Below, in pieces: positions 25,260 through 26,695 of a DNA stretch of 26,695 nucleotides. The notes beneath the pieces were generated by a model. That model was not told the DNA's origin. It saw only the letters and a list, made by a program, of their open reading frames with translations, and did no database searches. Origin of the DNA: a virus (lineage: Duplodnaviria > Caudoviricetes). Location: the IMG/VR virus record IMGVR_UViG_3300001346_000054, positions 1-26,695 of that record; one strand, written 5' to 3'. Both the position numbers and the translations under genes were made by a program. Within the stretch, counting starts at the first letter, position 1; each line of letters opens with the position of its first letter.

Positions 25260-25718
25260 TTATATAGAAGCGTCTTCCATACCAGCAACTCTTAATTTAA
25301 CAATGTTTGTCATCTGCCATTGTTTCTGATCCAGTCCTTTTGTAATGCCTAACCATTTATTTCTTAAAAGTGCAAATTCGTTGATAATTTTTTCATAATC
25401 AACAACATCTGATTCACCATCCACGTATTTTTCTACATCTCTGCTGGATAATGCTCTTTGATAATTTTCTAAATATTTTTTAAAGTGCGATGAACGTAAT
25501 CTTCTCAATTCAATATTCATGTATTGTAGGATTGCTTCTATTTCTTGTAATTGATTAAATCGTTGTTCAACTATTCCGGGCATATCTGCTGATGCTTTTT
25601 CAATATTGCCACGTATTCTAATTTCTGACTTTGCTTGTATTAACTCGTCTTCATAATGCTTGATGGCATCAGGTATAACACCAATATCTCTTGCTATTTT
25701 CTGATACCATCCAGCCAT
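25260..25718 (-). CDS. uvsY: Recombination mediator UvsY
   Basis: Helical 152-aa protein with KKYLENY...SSRDVEKYVDGESDV...KGLDQKQWQMTNIVKLRVAG, just downstream of uvsX. Confidence 0.8.
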   Translation of the reverse strand: MAGWYQKIARDIGVIPDAIKHYEDELIQAKSEIRIRGNIEKASADMPGIVEQRFNQLQEIEAILQYMNIELRRLRSSHFKKYLENYQRALSSRDVEKYVDGESDVVDYEKIINEFALLRNKWLGITKGLDQKQWQMTNIVKLRVAGMEDASI

Positions 25719-25933
25719 TAATAATCCTCTTCTTCTGATTCTTCATCCAAATAATATTGGATTGCTTTGTCTAGATTATCATCTGCACCTAAGGCATCTT
25801 GAAACTGATCGTCTCCAACGCCATAGTCTGCCATTAAATCTACAAATTTTTCAGCAATCAATTCAACAGGTTGTTTCCTGTCAAAGTACTCTTTGAAAAA
25901 TTGCCAAATTTCAACTATCTGACTTCCTTCCAT
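25718..25933 (-). CDS. Small acidic hypothetical protein (71 aa)
   Basis: Lies between uvsX and uvsY with a TAATG overlap; acidic tail DEESEEEDY. Confidence 0.75.
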   Translation of the reverse strand: MEGSQIVEIWQFFKEYFDRKQPVELIAEKFVDLMADYGVGDDQFQDALGADDNLDKAIQYYLDEESEEEDY

Positions 25934-25936
25934 GTC

Positions 25937-26695
25937 TTATTCCTCTACCGTGCTAGTGTTTGTTTCTTTAGTTTCTTCTACAGGTTCAGGAATACTATTG
26001 AACTCTTTCATAATATTGTCCAATGGTTCTCCACCACTTTCCCATACTTTACGATATTCTTTAGTTTCTGTTCCTTTAGAATCAACATATTTAAGTCTGT
26101 TTCCTTCTTTAACTAATATACCTTTCTTTTCAAAAAGATCAACAAGTCCTGAATAAGGATTCATTCCTGTTTCATATGGAATTTTAACTTGTACACCCTC
26201 GAAAGGTTTAGCATATCTAGTTTTCATCACTTTACAACCAGCTCTGATTCCTTTGACTTCGCTAATTTTATTACCATCTGCGTCTTCTTTCAGTTTTAAT
26301 TTTTTCATTGCAACCACAATTGAAGATGCATAGATAAATCCTTGTCCACCTGATATTTTATCATCTGGATCAAACATGTCTTGCGATGCATATGTGTGGT
26401 TAGTACATACAAGTCCTACATTGTGTGAACCAATCATGTTAACTGTGTTTCTAACAAGTGATGTAAGTGCTTTAGGTTTTCTACCCATGTCGCCCTTCAT
26501 GTCACCTTTTTGAAACTGATCAACATCAGTTGGAGTCAACAACATACCTAACGAATCAATCACAAACAATACTTTTGGTCTGTCTTCTTCATTCATTGCT
26601 CTGTAGTCATCCATAAATGTTGATACTGTTTTAGCAACATCATCTATCATGCTCATATTAAGTTTTAATAGTTTCTTTTCATCAGTATCCACTTC
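25937..26695 (-). CDS. uvsX: RecA-like recombinase UvsX (5' part outside the window)
   Basis: Walker B FVIDSLGML, DMGRKPK, TNHTY, SGGQGFIYASS, KTRYAKP; the frame is open to the window end. Confidence 0.92.
   Translation of the reverse strand, partial: EVDTDEKKLLKLNMSMIDDVAKTVSTFMDDYRAMNEEDRPKVLFVIDSLGMLLTPTDVDQFQKGDMKGDMGRKPKALTSLVRNTVNMIGSHNVGLVCTNHTYASQDMFDPDDKISGGQGFIYASSIVVAMKKLKLKEDADGNKISEVKGIRAGCKVMKTRYAKPFEGVQVKIPYETGMNPYSGLVDLFEKKGILVKEGNRLKYVDSKGTETKEYRKVWESGGEPLDNIMKEFNSIPEPVEETKETNTSTVEE

Noticed and set aside
1166-26156. Numerous 60-130 aa plus-strand ORFs and short nested minus-strand ORFs
   Set aside because: They are antisense or out-of-frame shadows of well-supported genes, with no motifs or independent signals.
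1-26695. tRNA, ncRNA, CRISPR array, IS element or tandem repeat
   Set aside because: The largest intergenic gap is 35 nt, and no repeat arrays, cloverleafs or transposase motifs were seen by eye.
1-26695. Stop-codon reassignment, as in some large phages
   Set aside because: Genes are full-length under the standard code, and TAA, TGA and TAG (3086) all fall at gene ends next to the following start.

Overview
This window looks like part of a large, AT-rich T4-like (myovirus-type) phage genome, almost all on the minus strand. It holds the replication/recombination core: uvsX (5'-truncated), uvsY, uvsW, a gp62-like clamp-loader subunit, gp61 primase and gp41 helicase. A ~13 kb glycan-building island (12128-25224) sits between uvsY and the uvsW operon, with about 12 glycosyltransferase-like genes in several paralogous groups, 3 SAM methyltransferases, a GalE-like epimerase and one multidomain enzyme. 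Single accessory genes lie among the core genes: a stand-alone carbamoyltransferase N-domain, a nitrilase-family hydrolase and a 2OG-Fe(II) oxygenase. Highlights: (1) a 185-aa miniature DnaE/C-family polymerase that keeps the catalytic aspartates; (2) a three-domain ParB/Srx-like + NDK-like + nucleotidyltransferase protein in the island; (3) two promoter classes placed 6-9 nt before start codons (ATTGACTTT-N15-TATAATAA for replication genes, CAATAAATA for a structural-looking gene and the glycan island), implying leaderless mRNAs and late expression of the glycan machinery. No tRNA, rRNA, CRISPR array, IS element or intein was seen. All family assignments come from motifs read by eye; no database search was run. 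Several ORF-track starts were corrected, and three ORFs missing from the track were added.
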